Assembly (NCBI GenBank): GCA_040954595.2
Contig: CM082590.2
Location: 3,596,001 to 3,660,000 of the forward strand
Length of the DNA: 64,000 bases
Reading direction: 5' to 3'
From: Balanoglossus misakiensis
Taxonomy: Eukaryota > Animalia > Hemichordata
Translations under genes and position numbers: made by a program
Shown: piece after piece, positions 10,401-23,600 of the stretch
Layout: every line of letters begins with the position of its first letter
Position numbering within the stretch: the stretch's first letter is position 1
Notes under the pieces: generated by a model
Databases searched by the model: none
Told to the model about the DNA's origin: nothing
What the model saw: the letters and a program-made list of their open reading frames with translations, nothing else

Positions 10401-11075
10401 TTTTTTTAAAGCTTTGAGTCAATTTGAAGATTTGTAAAAAATTCTCTGAATCTGTACTTTGCATGTATATGGATAATTTCCTTGAGTCACCAGTGAGTCA
10501 GTGGTGCATCATATGGGCTTAGAGGGCACACTGACAGTGACAAAACTATACCCCAAAGCTTTCCATAATGGTCCCAAGCAGACATACATTTCCACAACTT
10601 CGCCTCCATAGGCGTAGGAATCAGGAGGGGGGTGGTCACTTGCCCCCCCCCCCCCCTCCAATGCTGGAGGGGGGGGGGGGCAAAGAAATACTTTTGCCCC
10701 CCCCCCCTCAACTTTAGGGACAAAAATTTGCGGTTTCGAGATAGTTATATTACAAAAGTTTCTAATGTCAGAGGGGGACACCCCTTCCCACACCCACCCC
10801 TTTCATTCTTTCACACCTTTCATGTATTGCCTGGTGTACCTTGGCAGAGTACTTGCCCCCCCCCCCCCACCAATACTAACTTTGAGCGGCGAAGGTTATA
10901 TTTGTCCTTCCCAACAGAGTTGAGTTAATTTGCTTTTGAGTTCATTAAAATGCAGCTTTGAGCTCTGTATTTAATAAAATTTTCTAATGTGGGCACCCAC
11001 TCCCAAACCCATCTTTACCAATTCTACTAACTATTGTAATGACTTGTCCTTTTAATTTGTTCATATATTAATTTA
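7487..11075. repeat. Head-to-tail tandem duplication, 2 x ~1.79 kb
   Basis: Units 7487-9282 and 9283-11075 are almost identical, differing mostly in C/G homopolymer lengths. The duplicated ORF-track entries 7794/9584 and 8286/10076 confirm it. Confidence 0.95.
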
Positions 11076-11191
11076 ATTATTTTAAGTTATTCATATATGC
11101 AAATTTCCTTTGTAAGTCATTCACCACCAGAACGTTGGTTACATTTGCCCTCCCCCCCCCCCCCAACCATGAATTGCTCCCTAAGCCCCTG
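10607..11191. mobile_element. G/C-run-rich non-autonomous DNA element (hAT-like MITE?)
   Basis: Imperfect termini CATAGGCGTAGGAA ... CTCCCTAAGCCCCTG; also at ~60303-60882 and truncated at 8817. No convincing TSD. Confidence 0.4.
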
Positions 11192-12366
11192 ACCTCGCAA
11201 ATTATTTGTACAGTGTGCGCACTTTCATCCATTTGGGCTTAGATTATTCCTCAAATAATTTAGCAAAAACATAAACAGAAAATCATTTTCAATCAAATGC
11301 AATACAATTTGAATGACATCCAATGGGCTATTCATTGTCCTATCATAGAACATTGAAAGGGTATATGAATAAGGCTTTCCAACAAAAGGTACTACATAAT
11401 TAGATTTAAAAAAAAAATTGCTTAAAATGAATATAGTGCAAACAAATTCTGAAAATATTTTCTCAATTTTATTCAAACAAAATTGCCAATATTGAAATTA
11501 ATTCTTCAAATACATGTCATCAATAATTGAAAAATCAACCTGTCTTCTTTATTAGTATATGTAGACATCTTAAAACACTATCATTCTTATTAATATGCCC
11601 AGAAAATTGGGGTTTTAAGAATCACATAAATGTTATTTCTGAGCTGAGTGGTACTGAATCTAAAAAGTTTGGTTGTGCATACACATTTTGAGATGGTGCA
11701 TTCAAGCAAAGAAAACAACCAAACATGTTTTGAACTAAAGCAATTTATAATACGTTGTTAACTTTGTGGATGATTTTCCACATTATGAAAAGTAAACTTC
11801 CCCTTCAACTATAACCATACCAAATAATAAGGAAATGTGACTGTAATCTTTACACAAATGAATATTTTAAATGAGGCTTCATTTATTAGAATAAAACTTA
11901 CTAACTGAATGTGTTGGCCAGTATTGTCAGCACCAACAATCTTGTCATTTGAGATGCTTGCATTTCTTTCACATTATACAAACCCATTCGTTTGTACAGC
12001 GAACCTTGTCGCTAGTACTCAGAAACTACATTTAAACTCACGTCACATATGTCCGGCTGAAACACATGGCATATTCACGGCTAAAAGATATATCACATAT
12101 ACTGTGATAATAATACTTGAATAAACATCATTTCTAGTAAAACCAAAAACATCATGTCATTTCTTGTAAAACCAGAAACAATATCACATACAGTGATTCT
12201 AATCCTTGATTATATGTCACTATTCTATGCATAAAACATCACTTAGAGTGATAATGATCCTTGAGTATCACATACAAGTACTTTTTTGTGTCAGCATCAC
12301 GTGGGTAGATATGTTCTATTAGTACTACAACTATCGATTCTACCAGTGGGCCATACTTGGATTATT

Positions 12367-12414
12367 AGGGTTTCGAGACCAGAGGGGTCTCGAAACCCTC
12401 TTGAAATCGTGTTG

Positions 12415-12447
<33 letters not shown>

Positions 12448-14345
12448 CTTCTTCCCACTTTTAAAAACAGCCGCTATTCGAAGACCGTTGCACCCAATGA
12501 CTTGAAATTTGGCTCATAGGTAAAACTCAAAGCAAGTAATTTTTTGATCATGTCACTATGGCAACAGGTCACATGACCTGGCAGCCATCTTGGATTTAAA
12601 CTTTTAAATTGGTCTAATTTGCATAAAAAATGAAGAATCCAAATTCTGTTCAGAAACTTTGTGGACCATATGGCCAGGGTCCTATATGCCAAATTTCAAT
12701 GTCTAAGTCCTTGCCGATTTTGAGGAGATGATTTTTAAAGCATTATTTTTCATATTTTCCATGACCATTGGACCCAGCCATGGGCCTATACTTTCCATGG
12801 TTAAGCAATGGCCCCCTAGGATTTTAGATTTATGCCCAATATCTCAACATCCGCTGGGCTGATCAGCTTCAAATTTTGTGTGCAGCTAGCCTACCTTCCG
12901 ACAATCATTTCCAACTAGAAAAAATAATATGGAAAATCGACCGATTTTTTTATATTAATTTTTTTATGAAATCTATACCTATACTTATTCCACTATACTT
13001 AAGCTATGGCCACATAGTTTTGTAGAATTCTGGTCGGTGCAATAGTCTGCAGCATAGGACCAAAATAAGAAGCCAAATTTAAGGCTCACCTGTGACACCT
13101 GCTCAACTCATTAATTATGTGCATACCTAATTCCAGGCAAACCAACAGGGCTACAGGTCTGATTTTTGTCGGACATGGACCAGTATGGGGTCAAATTTTT
13201 TCCCCAAATTTTGGGTGACCTTGGGTGACCTTTGACCTACTTTCGCATATCTCAGCATCCAGAGCAGGTACAGCTCAGGTGTTTGGGTGGATGGGACCAA
13301 AATAAGAAGCCAAATTTAAGGCTCACCTGTGACACCTGCTCAACTCATTAATTATGTGCATACCTAATTCCAGGCAAACCAATAGGGCTACAGGTCTGGT
13401 TTTTGTCGGACATGGACCAGTATGGGGTCAAATTTTTTCCCGGAATTTTGGGTGACCTTGGGTGACCTTTGACCTACTTTCGCATATCTCAGCATCCAGA
13501 GCAGGTACAGCTCAGGTGTTTGGGTGGATGGGACCAAAATAAGAAGCCAAATTTAAGGCTCACCTGTGACACCTGCTCAACTCATTAACTATGTGCATAC
13601 CTAATTCCAGGCAAACCAATAGGGCTACAGGTCTGGTTTTTGTCGGACATGGACCAGTTTGGGGTCAAATTTTTTCCCCAAATTTTGGGTGACCTTGGGT
13701 GACCTTTGACCTACTTTCGCATACCTCAGCATCCAGAGCAGGTACAGCTTAGGTGTTTGGGTGGATGGGACCAAAATAAGAAGCCAAATTTAAGGCTCAC
13801 CTGTGACACCTGCTTAACTCATTAACTATGTGCATACCTAATTCCAGGCAAACCAATAGGGCTACAGGTCTGGTTTTTGTCGGACATGGACCAGTATGGG
13901 GACAATTTTTTTTCCCAAACTTTGGATGTCCTTGGGTGACCTTTGACCTACTTTCACATATCTCGGCATCCAGAGCAGGTACAGCTTAGGTGTTTGGGTG
14001 GACGGGACCAAAATAAGAAGCCAAATTTTAGAGTCACTTGTGACACCTGCTTAACTCATTAATTATGTGCATACCTAATTCCAGGCAAACCAGTAGGGCT
14101 ACAGGTCTGGTTTTTGTTTGACATGGACCAGTATAGCGTAAACATTTTCTGCTCATATTAAGCGTGACCTCACGTGACCTTTGACCTACTTTTCCACATC
14201 TCAGCATCCACAGCACATACACCCTTTGCATTTGGAGTGATAGAACAACTAATGCAGTAATTAAATATGCACAAATCTATCTCCAGGCGAACCAATAGGG
14301 CTAGTAGTGTCTCGAAACCCGCTTATTGCTGTTCACAGCTATATT
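12367..14345 (+). mobile_element. Helentron-associated non-autonomous element (HINE/DINE-1-like)
   Basis: 5' palindrome AGGGTTTCGAGACC..GGTCTCGAAACCCT, (ATT)n microsatellite, central tandem repeats, 3' subTIR GTCTCGAAACCC (14309-14320) and stem-loop GCTGTTCACAGC. Inserted in a T-rich site; the empty site is in the paralog at ~62025. Confidence 0.88.
13057..14240. repeat. Central tandem array, 5 x 237 bp, inside the HINE
   Basis: GGACCAAAATAAGAAGCC recurs at 13057, 13294, 13531, 13768 and 14005. Confidence 0.95.
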
Positions 14346-14871
14346 TTTATATTATTTCAAGTACAGCGAATCATAGCCAATCAGGTAAAATTTGTGTAAC
14401 CAGAACACATTTTCAATTCTCTTTCATTGAGAACCACATGTTACAGGAATATCTATAAACTATTATCTTCCGCCATTTTGGTATCCAGTAAAGACTGGAA
14501 TTTTACTGGAATTTATAACTACTGCAAAATAGTAAACCAATGTGTCTTGAACATACAGTTTTTATTCACACTTATTCCACAGCTAAATATATGACCACTG
14601 TCCGTGTGACATTTCACAGGCTGGCTTTGTTATTGAGAAGACAGTCATGGTTGGAGGGTGGTTTGGTGTATTGGCTTCATTTTCTCTGCGGGGCTAATTA
14701 CTGTATGTGTGTTGGGAACTTTTCACTTGCACGCACCAATTTCGTTACTCAGTTAAATTCTCAGACATTGCAACAATTTTCATGGAAATACTGCCATCCT
14801 TTGCAATACAAACCAGAAATTGTTATACTGACGTCGCACCGGTCTGCTTCAGAGATGTTGATGTCATCATC

Positions 14872-16119
14872 TTAGGACGTTAGATGTAGATTAGCCATGT
14901 CTCCTTCAACATCATGATGATCAGCTGACATACAAAGTTTTCGGAACATCTCATGTATTTCGTTTCTGGCAGCGTAGACATCACAACTTCTATGCTCAAG
15001 AATTTTAACCAGGTTGGAAAAATTGCTCTTACAGAATGTGTTATCTGCAGTTTGCTGTTGGCCTGCATGTTGTTGTCCTCCACAGCCCTTGGACCACACA
15101 GATAAAGCATGTTGTGTGGGAGATTGAATTGATGCACTGTGTTGCCATGAATCCACCTCCATGTGAGGGATCCCCATCAAGTCTGCCATAGCCCTGTAGT
15201 CATAGCCGGAGAAACGGATGATATCCATGATATTAGAAAATATCTTGAGGGCATCCTTCAGCATCCACTTGACATCACTTTCATATCCATATTTACGGAG
15301 GAATGTGGTATCATATCCAGCACAGAGCAAGTCAGTGACAGCTTCTTCTTGACCTATTTGCTCATCATACACTCCACTTCCATTCTGCTCAGCTTCTGTG
15401 ATTTTCTGCATCGGGTAGAATCTTACATTCTCTGGGTTGCTGTGAATTCGCAGCGAGTGGGCGCTGAGAATATGGGTGTCGACCTCGATACCCGGACAGC
15501 AGATCTCTATGACGTCATAGATATCATTGGTCACCATTTCCAGTAACTGGTAACATGCCCCTATGTCTTCTCCCTTTTCTGCTCTGACACAGGTGTGGAT
15601 TGCCGTCCATCCATCTGTCATGTACACCAATCCTTCTACGATGCGGCAGACTTTGATACCATTCTTCCATATTCCACTGGGAGGGTAACCCATTTCCTCA
15701 AAGTGACGGTAGAGCCTGGTCTGTAGGCGTGGGAACAAACCCGGTGTGAAGCTGTCTGTTTCATCATGGCATTCGATTCTTCTACCAAAATAGTAATGCT
15801 TAGTGGGATCCGATTCCCATTGATTTGCTGGCATTTTATCTTCTAAGAGTCCAGGGATGATGTAAGATTTTGGATTGGACTCATCTTCATGGAGAAGCTC
15901 AAAATGCTTGAGAAGAGCCATGACTAAGTTGGTATCACCGTAACCACTGAATACTCGAGCAATTTCTGTCTTGTGATAGAACTTCTGATTTTTTGGCAGT
16001 TTGTCGCTGTATTGGATGAAGATATCAGTTGCCATCAGTCGACCTAAGATTTCTGAACACAACCATTGACCATCAAGAACAATGATATCATCACCAAGTG
16101 GATTCTTGACAAAGATAAT
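14872..16119 (-). CDS. ROCO gene exon 13: COR C-terminal part plus death domain
   Basis: TTGCAG acceptor then IIFVKNPLGDD...WLCSEILG...PGLFPRLQ...WKNG (DAPK1-type COR); MDIIRFSGYDYRAMADLMG...SPTQHALSVW (death-domain-like); TAA at 14872-14874. Confidence 0.93.
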   Translation of the reverse strand: MIFVKNPLGDDIIVLDGQWLCSEILGRLMATDIFIQYSDKLPKNQKFYHKTEIARVFSGYGDTNLVMALLKHFELLHEDESNPKSYIIPGLLEDKMPANQWESDPTKHYYFGRRIECHDETDSFTPGLFPRLQTRLYRHFEEMGYPPSGIWKNGIKVCRIVEGLVYMTDGWTAIHTCVRAEKGEDIGACYQLLEMVTNDIYDVIEICCPGIEVDTHILSAHSLRIHSNPENVRFYPMQKITEAEQNGSGVYDEQIGQEEAVTDLLCAGYDTTFLRKYGYESDVKWMLKDALKIFSNIMDIIRFSGYDYRAMADLMGIPHMEVDSWQHSASIQSPTQHALSVWSKGCGGQQHAGQQQTADNTFCKSNFSNLVKILEHRSCDVYAARNEIHEMFRKLCMSADHHDVEGDMANLHLTS

Positions 16120-17659
16120 CTGCAACAAACAAGAAGACAATGAAATAAACTTAAGATGTTAACAAAAGTTGATTGAAAGAAATAATGTATTGATCAATGA
16201 GATGAGAAGGCAAGATGACAGACTGACTGACTGAATGAATGAATGAATGAATGGTTGAAGGCCATATATATATGGTCTGATCAGTGGATGAATTGATGGT
16301 GTTCTGAAAATTTACCTCGCCAATGCTTTCCAGGTACGATGTAGCTATCCTCAGAAATGGCTCTTGAACATATTTATCAATCTCCTGAACTCTTTCCACA
16401 TATGTCGTCCAGTACAGAACAGGGAACTTCTTGTTTTTTAGCCACCTCTGCTTCTTGTCAGCAATTTTAGCACATAGGTTTGGTATAATTTCTTCCTTCT
16501 GTAATGCAATAAACGATAGATAATTGTATAAGAGGACAATGCTTGTAAATCCTCCATTATCCCGCACAAAAGACCATACATTCCAAATTGATACATACAT
16601 ACATACATACATACATACATACATACATGTACATAAATACACACACACACACATACATACCGGTACATACATACCGGTACATACATACCCGGTACACTCC
16701 AATACATACACACGAAAGTGCAAAAAGAATGCAAGGCATCTGTTCACATGAAACTCATCCAGAAGAAACGGACTACAGATCAGCTCTATTAATCCAACCA
16801 GGAAAACCCTTATCATTCTATTGGAATTATCGTTTTTGTTGTAGTATTATCACTTTCTGACTAGACGGATTTACAAATCAAAATGTTAATATAAATAGTT
16901 ATGCATTTATGTTAAACTCACCTTGAACCCACGCAAGATCACACGTAGTCTGCCCATTGCTTCACTTTGAGAATCATGACAATTTACCAAAACTGTCTCA
17001 TCCACGATATTCAAATAATTGCCAAATTTCTTCTTCAATTCTTCCCTTACCTCTTCTACAACCCGTTTGGCTATATTAGAAAACATGAAATAAAAAATGG
17101 GTTATGGTAATTACGGATGTACATGCAAAACGTAAATTGGTAGACTGCGTGAACTTATGGGCATGTCACTATTCCTATGAAATAGAAAAAAATAGGTACA
17201 GGTATTTAACTAGTATTCAAAGTAGGCGGGAAATGCACCTTCTGACTAAAAGATTTTAAGTAATTATGTCAGATCTTTTTGGAAAAAAAATACCTAGTGT
17301 GCATCACCTTACAATAAATTGCTTCTAAAATACCCCACCCATCAAAATGTGTTGGATGCACAAACAGATATGTCCAAGGCGATTTTGGTTTTACCATTAC
17401 ATACTAGATTGTGTGCGAGTGTGTGTGCATGTACCAGTGTATGCATGTTGTAACTGCACTCAAACTAATCTACTTACCACTCTCTTGTTGAGATTCATCC
17501 AACATATCAGCTCTACTTGCGATCAATATCACAGTTGGTTTGGTGTCTTCACTGCGAGACGAAGCATCATCACTCTTTGGTATGCTGCTTATCATGCCTT
17601 TGAAGAACTGGGCCCATATGTTGGTCTGAAAATTATCACAATGATTTAATTTCCCAATT

Positions 17660-17699
<40 letters not shown>

Positions 17700-20600
17700 G
17701 CAATCAATCAAGCAATCAATCAATTAATCAATTAATGCTTTGTGTAAATGTAACACAATTATGTATTTATTAGCCATTCTCAAATGGCTAGATCCATGTA
17801 GTAGGATTGAACATACTTTAAAGTTTTGATTTCGTTCCGGTGTGTTTGTGTGTGAAGGGTCATGTCTCACCTCTTTCAGTGCTTGTTTCAACATCTTTAT
17901 AGGCTTCTTCAAATGTTTTGGGTCATCATTCACCATTTCTGTTATTTTAAACAGAAGCATAAACACAGCATCTTCTGCTCTCAGGAACATGTTGTGTGTC
18001 ACGTAGTACTCACACTGTCCAGCAAAATCCATGACAATGTATTCTCCAACGTTTGGTATGTCGATAGTTTTTACATCAATACCAGGTGTTGGTGTGTACT
18101 CAGTCTTGTCCGGTGGAGGCGGGTTTTCTTCAGCTCGTCGAGTGAAATACGCTTGCCAGAAGCCCTGTATGAAAGCAGTTCACATGAAATTGCAGTAAGC
18201 ATCCATGTTGACAGTGACACTGATGGGCGAGTAACACTATCATTTAATCAAACTATTTCACCTGAACATCATGATAATGTTGAATAGATAATAATGACAA
18301 TAGTTTGGTGAACTGTTTATGTATGCTGTATATTACAATATTCAGAAAAAGTTCCTAAATAAATAATTTCATAGTATCATTGCAATAGATAAATAATAAA
18401 TAAATAACAAACTTGAAACATCGATGAAACAATCGAAGTGGAAAACAGTGTGACCATAAAATGTTTGACAAACATATGAGTTCAAATATTAAAATTATCG
18501 TTACCCGTTGCAAAGATTTTACAAGGGTTGTCTTTCCAACACCACCAAATCCACAGACATGAACTCTGCTACTATTTCGGGTGATGCCTGGTTCTCTCAT
18601 CAAAACACTGAATTCAATTTTCCTCTGTTCGGCCTGATGTTAACAAAAAGAACAACGTTTAAAGCAAGCGACAGCATTCTCAGAAGACTGGCCAAATATT
18701 GACAAATCGAATGTGATAGCAAATGAACACTACACTGCATTAATGACCAAATTTGGCTATGACAGCCTCGTATTTAGTGTACTTAAAGGGACAAAATCTC
18801 TCTCACTGCCCCTTTTCCATTAATTATGTTTGATACAAGACACTGTTTAGGTTAATGAACATGTGGATATATAGTGAATCAATGTTCGACCACACACACC
18901 TTTCATCCCTGCTTGTAGACACGAGAGTGACAAACTCGCCAAAATGAATAATTGGTGTTTACCGTTTATTCATTTTGGGCGAGTTTTTACTCTCATATCC
19001 TACAAACAGGATGGAAGTTGTGTGTGGTCAAAACGTTGATTAAAAATGTATCCACTTGTACAATAACATAAACGTTGTCTTGTATCAAATATAATTAATG
19101 GAAAATGGCAGTGTGAGAGAGACTTTGTCCCTTTAACATTTTATATTTCAAATATAAAGTGATAATATATTTCAAAGAACCAAGTAGAGTGATAAGTCTG
19201 GTGTGTTATGCATATGTCAAAATACAGCGATTATGAATTGTGGATGAAACACTCAATAAGAACGATGATACATGTATGTATCATTTATTGGTAACAGAAA
19301 GTTGAAAGTAACAATAGTATTGTCAGTATTGTCAACAAGTGCACAAGGTCCTATTAAAATCACCAACGTAAGGAGTACAATATTTTAGACCAACCAATTA
19401 TTGTAAATTAAACGAACATATAGCCACAGCAATGGTTTCACTTTGAAATTTAAATTAGAGTGTACAAAGAGGTAAAAACTAATCTCCACTCTCCAAATTG
19501 TTTTTTTCGTTTTTTTGTTCTGGAAATGAATTACTTGATCTCATTGATGGTTGTATTACAAGTAAAAGCGTTCCTTTTGAATATGACAGTTAGTTTGTAT
19601 TTGTGGGAAACATTACCTTCAGCAGGGATTTGACTCTTCTGTCGTGTGCATAATCCATAGGTGTCTTTCCTACCTGTAATGTGGAGTAAAGATTTTAAGC
19701 CCATTGATATGATTTGGTTAAAACTGCTTCATCACGTTTTATGCACAAATGAATCTTCAAAAATCTACTATTTGCAAAACATGCCTCTGGTTGGAATTTA
19801 TTTGTGTATCGGAATGTGACAGTTAAACCTTAATGGTGAGTTCTGAGATTGCACGCGAGGTTGTCTACTTTGATTAACACATTTCCCAAAATGCCTCACT
19901 AATCTCTGCAAAAGAAAAAAAAATGGCGGCTATGGATAATAGTTAAGCGAGTTTCACTAGCAGTACAGTTTCAACTACTAGTATAATGGTGACAGTACAT
20001 GTTTTGTGCGAGAGAGGGTGGTGTTAGAAGGACTGACATGAGACGAAATTACGAAAGTGATAGTTCGACTTGGCGAGCAAACATGATAGTACAAGCATCA
20101 TATCATCAGTAGGAATGCCGCATTCGAGCCGTTTGGATCCCTGATCCAAGTCGCACCCACAATGCACTGCTGTTAAAGCGGGGCGGCATAACAAAAATTT
20201 TCATATCGATTGCGCATTTTGTGATAAAAGCTCAGATGGGTGTTAATGTGTAATTAACTCCATTGGCCATGTAACGCCGGGAACACACGCAGGGCTAGGA
20301 ACACACATTCCCATACGCACAGACACATACGACACAACCCAACACAGAACTCAGCATGAACTGAACAAAGCAATTGCTCCATCGAGACCATGGGCGTATT
20401 TACATATAGACTCTTTTGAATGTCAATTTTGCATTGGTTTTACAGCCGCCAAGCTAAAAGTTTTTGTTTCAGGGTTTTGACAAATATCTTTTGAGTAGGC
20501 AAGTAACAGGCGCGCATCAGGAAACCAATTATGTCTCATGAAACGTAGGGATGGTGTGATTTTCAATATTACCTACACAGTCATAAATTGTTACAGCATG

Positions 20601-23600
20601 TGGTGGGAAAGCATTTAAAATTAAAGCTGCAAGCAGCATTGAAGGGGCCCAAGCATAGAGTTAATAACCATTAGACTCCATTCAGGGTTGTACCGTTCAA
20701 ATGCGTAGGCTGTATTTGCTCTCGATGTTGAGATATGGGGAAGTAGGCAACCACCCGAAATGCATGTCCTACAAGTACAAACACAACAACCAAAGGTGAA
20801 CTTCTACGTTGTAAGTACTTCAGTAAGTACTTCAAAGGTCAGGTGAGGGTACCCAAAAATTAGGATTCTTATTTGGTTCATATTCAAGACAACGGAAAAT
20901 CCTCGCCCTTTGGGTTAGTCAAATTAGATATGGCCATAATAATGAGTTACGCAAGTAAGTTACAGGTGGCCCCAGGAATTTAGCATTTCATGACTTAGAG
21001 GGTCCTTCCCTACCCCTCCTGGCTATATATGATGTGCATGCTAACATATGGAAAGCAGGTCAATGGACACCTGAGGTCACCCAAATATTTGCCAAAAAAT
21101 GTTCATTCCTGTTTATGTCATGTGCAACAAATCCTACATTTGCAGCCCTTTCACTTTGCCTACCATTAGGTATGCACGTAATACATGAATCAAGCAGGTG
21201 TCACAGGTATCCCCCTGTATTTGGCATTTCATGATAGTTTAATCCCTCCAAATACCAAAGCTGCACCTCAGTGTACAACGTGCTGAGATATGGCACTGTA
21301 CGACAGAGGTCATCCAAATCACCTTATACATTTGGGCAAAAACCAACTGACACTTACATTCGTCCCTGTGGAACAAAAACCACACATATCGCCCTGTTGG
21401 TTAGTGTCCAATTAAATGTACAAAATCAATGACTTAGGCAGGTGCAACAGGTGACCCCGCCTTTGGTATATCATTATGGTCCCATCCGTATATCCCCCCC
21501 CCCCCCCAGCCAAAGCTGCATGCATCTGCTGTTATTCACTAAGCAAAAGTAGGTGAAATGTCACATAAGGTCGCCCACAACTTGACAGGAAAATCGGACT
21601 TCATTTTGATCCATGTGCAACAAATACCACGCTAGCATCCCTTTCATTGACCCCACAATTACGCATGCACATAATTGAGTTACGCAGGTGTCACAGGTGA
21701 CCCCCGAATCGGGCGTATTTTTTTGGTCCCATACAGCTGCATGAAGCTGTGTGCCATTACGGGGGACCTGATAACCCCCACGGCCACCTGCGGGCAGAAC
21801 CCCATACTGAACGTCCAGTTGCAACGTCACGACTGAAGTAGGAACTTTTGAACGGCAACGAAGCCTGATCTCTGATTATTGCTGGTACCATACTCCCTTC
21901 GTGCAAGAAAATCACTGGTCTGCTTAAGTATTTCGGCCAATTTCCCGAACTACTATCCAGTACATGTGACTCCCACAACATTAGCGACTGAGGGTCAAAG
22001 TCAGCAGCCGCATTACATTGAATGTTAACCAGTGTAGCCGGGTCTAGATAGAAACATTTGAACGGCAACAGCTAACAAACTCAGCGTAATTCAATGAAAC
22101 GCCGTAACACAGCCTGAACTCCGATAATGTGTTGTTCCAAAATTCATTCCGTGGAAAATAATCACTGGTCTGTTTACGTATTTCAGCCGATTTTCCAAGG
22201 ACTACTGCAACTGCAACCCGCCTGCTAATGAGATCTCCACAACATTACGTAATGATGGTCAAAGTCCGATGCCCCAGTGTTCGCCCTCAGCCCACCAAAA
22301 ATGCGAAAAATATTACAAAAATCTTCTTCTCAAAAATCGACGTGGCCTAGAACCTTGAAATTTGGCACAGGGGATTTTGGCCACATGGTCTACAAAAATC
22401 GCGAAAAGAATGTACATTCCCCCATTAACGTGCAAATTAGGTCAATTTGAAAATTTCGCTCGATTATAGCCACCAAGTCACGTGACTAATTACAAATTCA
22501 AAGGGCAGGTGCACAAGTACTCATGGGCCCCAACCACCGTGCCAAATTTGGTAGGCAAAGCTGCCGGAATTTCAGAGAAAAACGGGAGCAAAAAGGAAGA
22601 AGACAAACTCAGAAAGGGACCAAGCGCCTGAGCTTGGTCCCCTAATAAAGTTGGGCGTGACTACGGCAACACGCTAAATTCTAACAGGAACATTGCGATC
22701 GTACTGTTGAACTTGTAGGGCTTCCCAACAGCCAGCAATCTGGACTTATCAATTGAAGACCTAGCTGTGGAAACGCAGCTGTTCCACCAGGAATTAGTAT
22801 TCCCCTCCCCCCGGTGGAACAGCTGCATTTCCACAGCTACTGAAGATCCAACTCCGAAAAAGTTGGATTTTCAGAAATTTAATTCCACTTTCCTCGTGCA
22901 ACGGAAGATTCGGAACGTGTTTTGCTTTCCAAAAATCTACGCTGGACGCCCATTTGTGTAATACGCCCTTTACAGTAACAATAAACTTCACCCTGAAATG
23001 CCTACACTAGATGATTTCATGTCTTCGTACAAACACAGAGAAATAAACTGTCAGGTTTAATCCCCCTGAAATTTTTCCTTGCCTTTATGCAAAATACAGA
23101 ATGATTTTCAAGACATCGACCGACCATGTTGTGGAAAGTGTCCGCGACTGTTTAGCCAAAATCACGAAACTTATTATAGGCTTATATGAGTATTTGAGAA
23201 CAGATAAACAGTTAGGCGTAGGTCACACTATATAGGGCTCACTCGATATACTCGTGTCATCAATGGCGCGATTCAAGCGCCTGTACCACCTGTTGCAGTC
23301 GTCTCTACAACAAGCTGACTGACTAAATATACTTGGAATCGGACAACAGTGTGATAAGGTTTATCAGCGGAATCTAACCGACGTGCCAAGCTCAATGCAA
23401 GTTGGACCTGGATACTTTTTACAGCAAACTGTCTTTTAATCAATGTACTTTACTCTTTCTGCGACAACTGCAAGAAATATAATTTTTTGAATCTGACAAG
23501 TTCGAAATCTCCAGCAGAATGAAAGAACCCGAAGTTGATACAAGTGCATTTGGAAATGTTTGAGTGATCTGCGTGGGTAGTTATCGTTTTTTTATTCTAG

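Noticed and set aside
13057-14240. CRISPR-like periodicity
   Set aside because: Whole 237-bp units repeat with no unique spacers; eukaryotic TE context and no cas genes.
15163-15546. 127-aa plus-strand ORF, also at 62866-63249
   Set aside because: Antisense shadow of the COR exon; it is conserved only because the DNA is recently duplicated.
16151-16860. Long ORFs rich in CMYV/HTYI
   Set aside because: Microsatellite translation; only 16316-16498 is a real exon.
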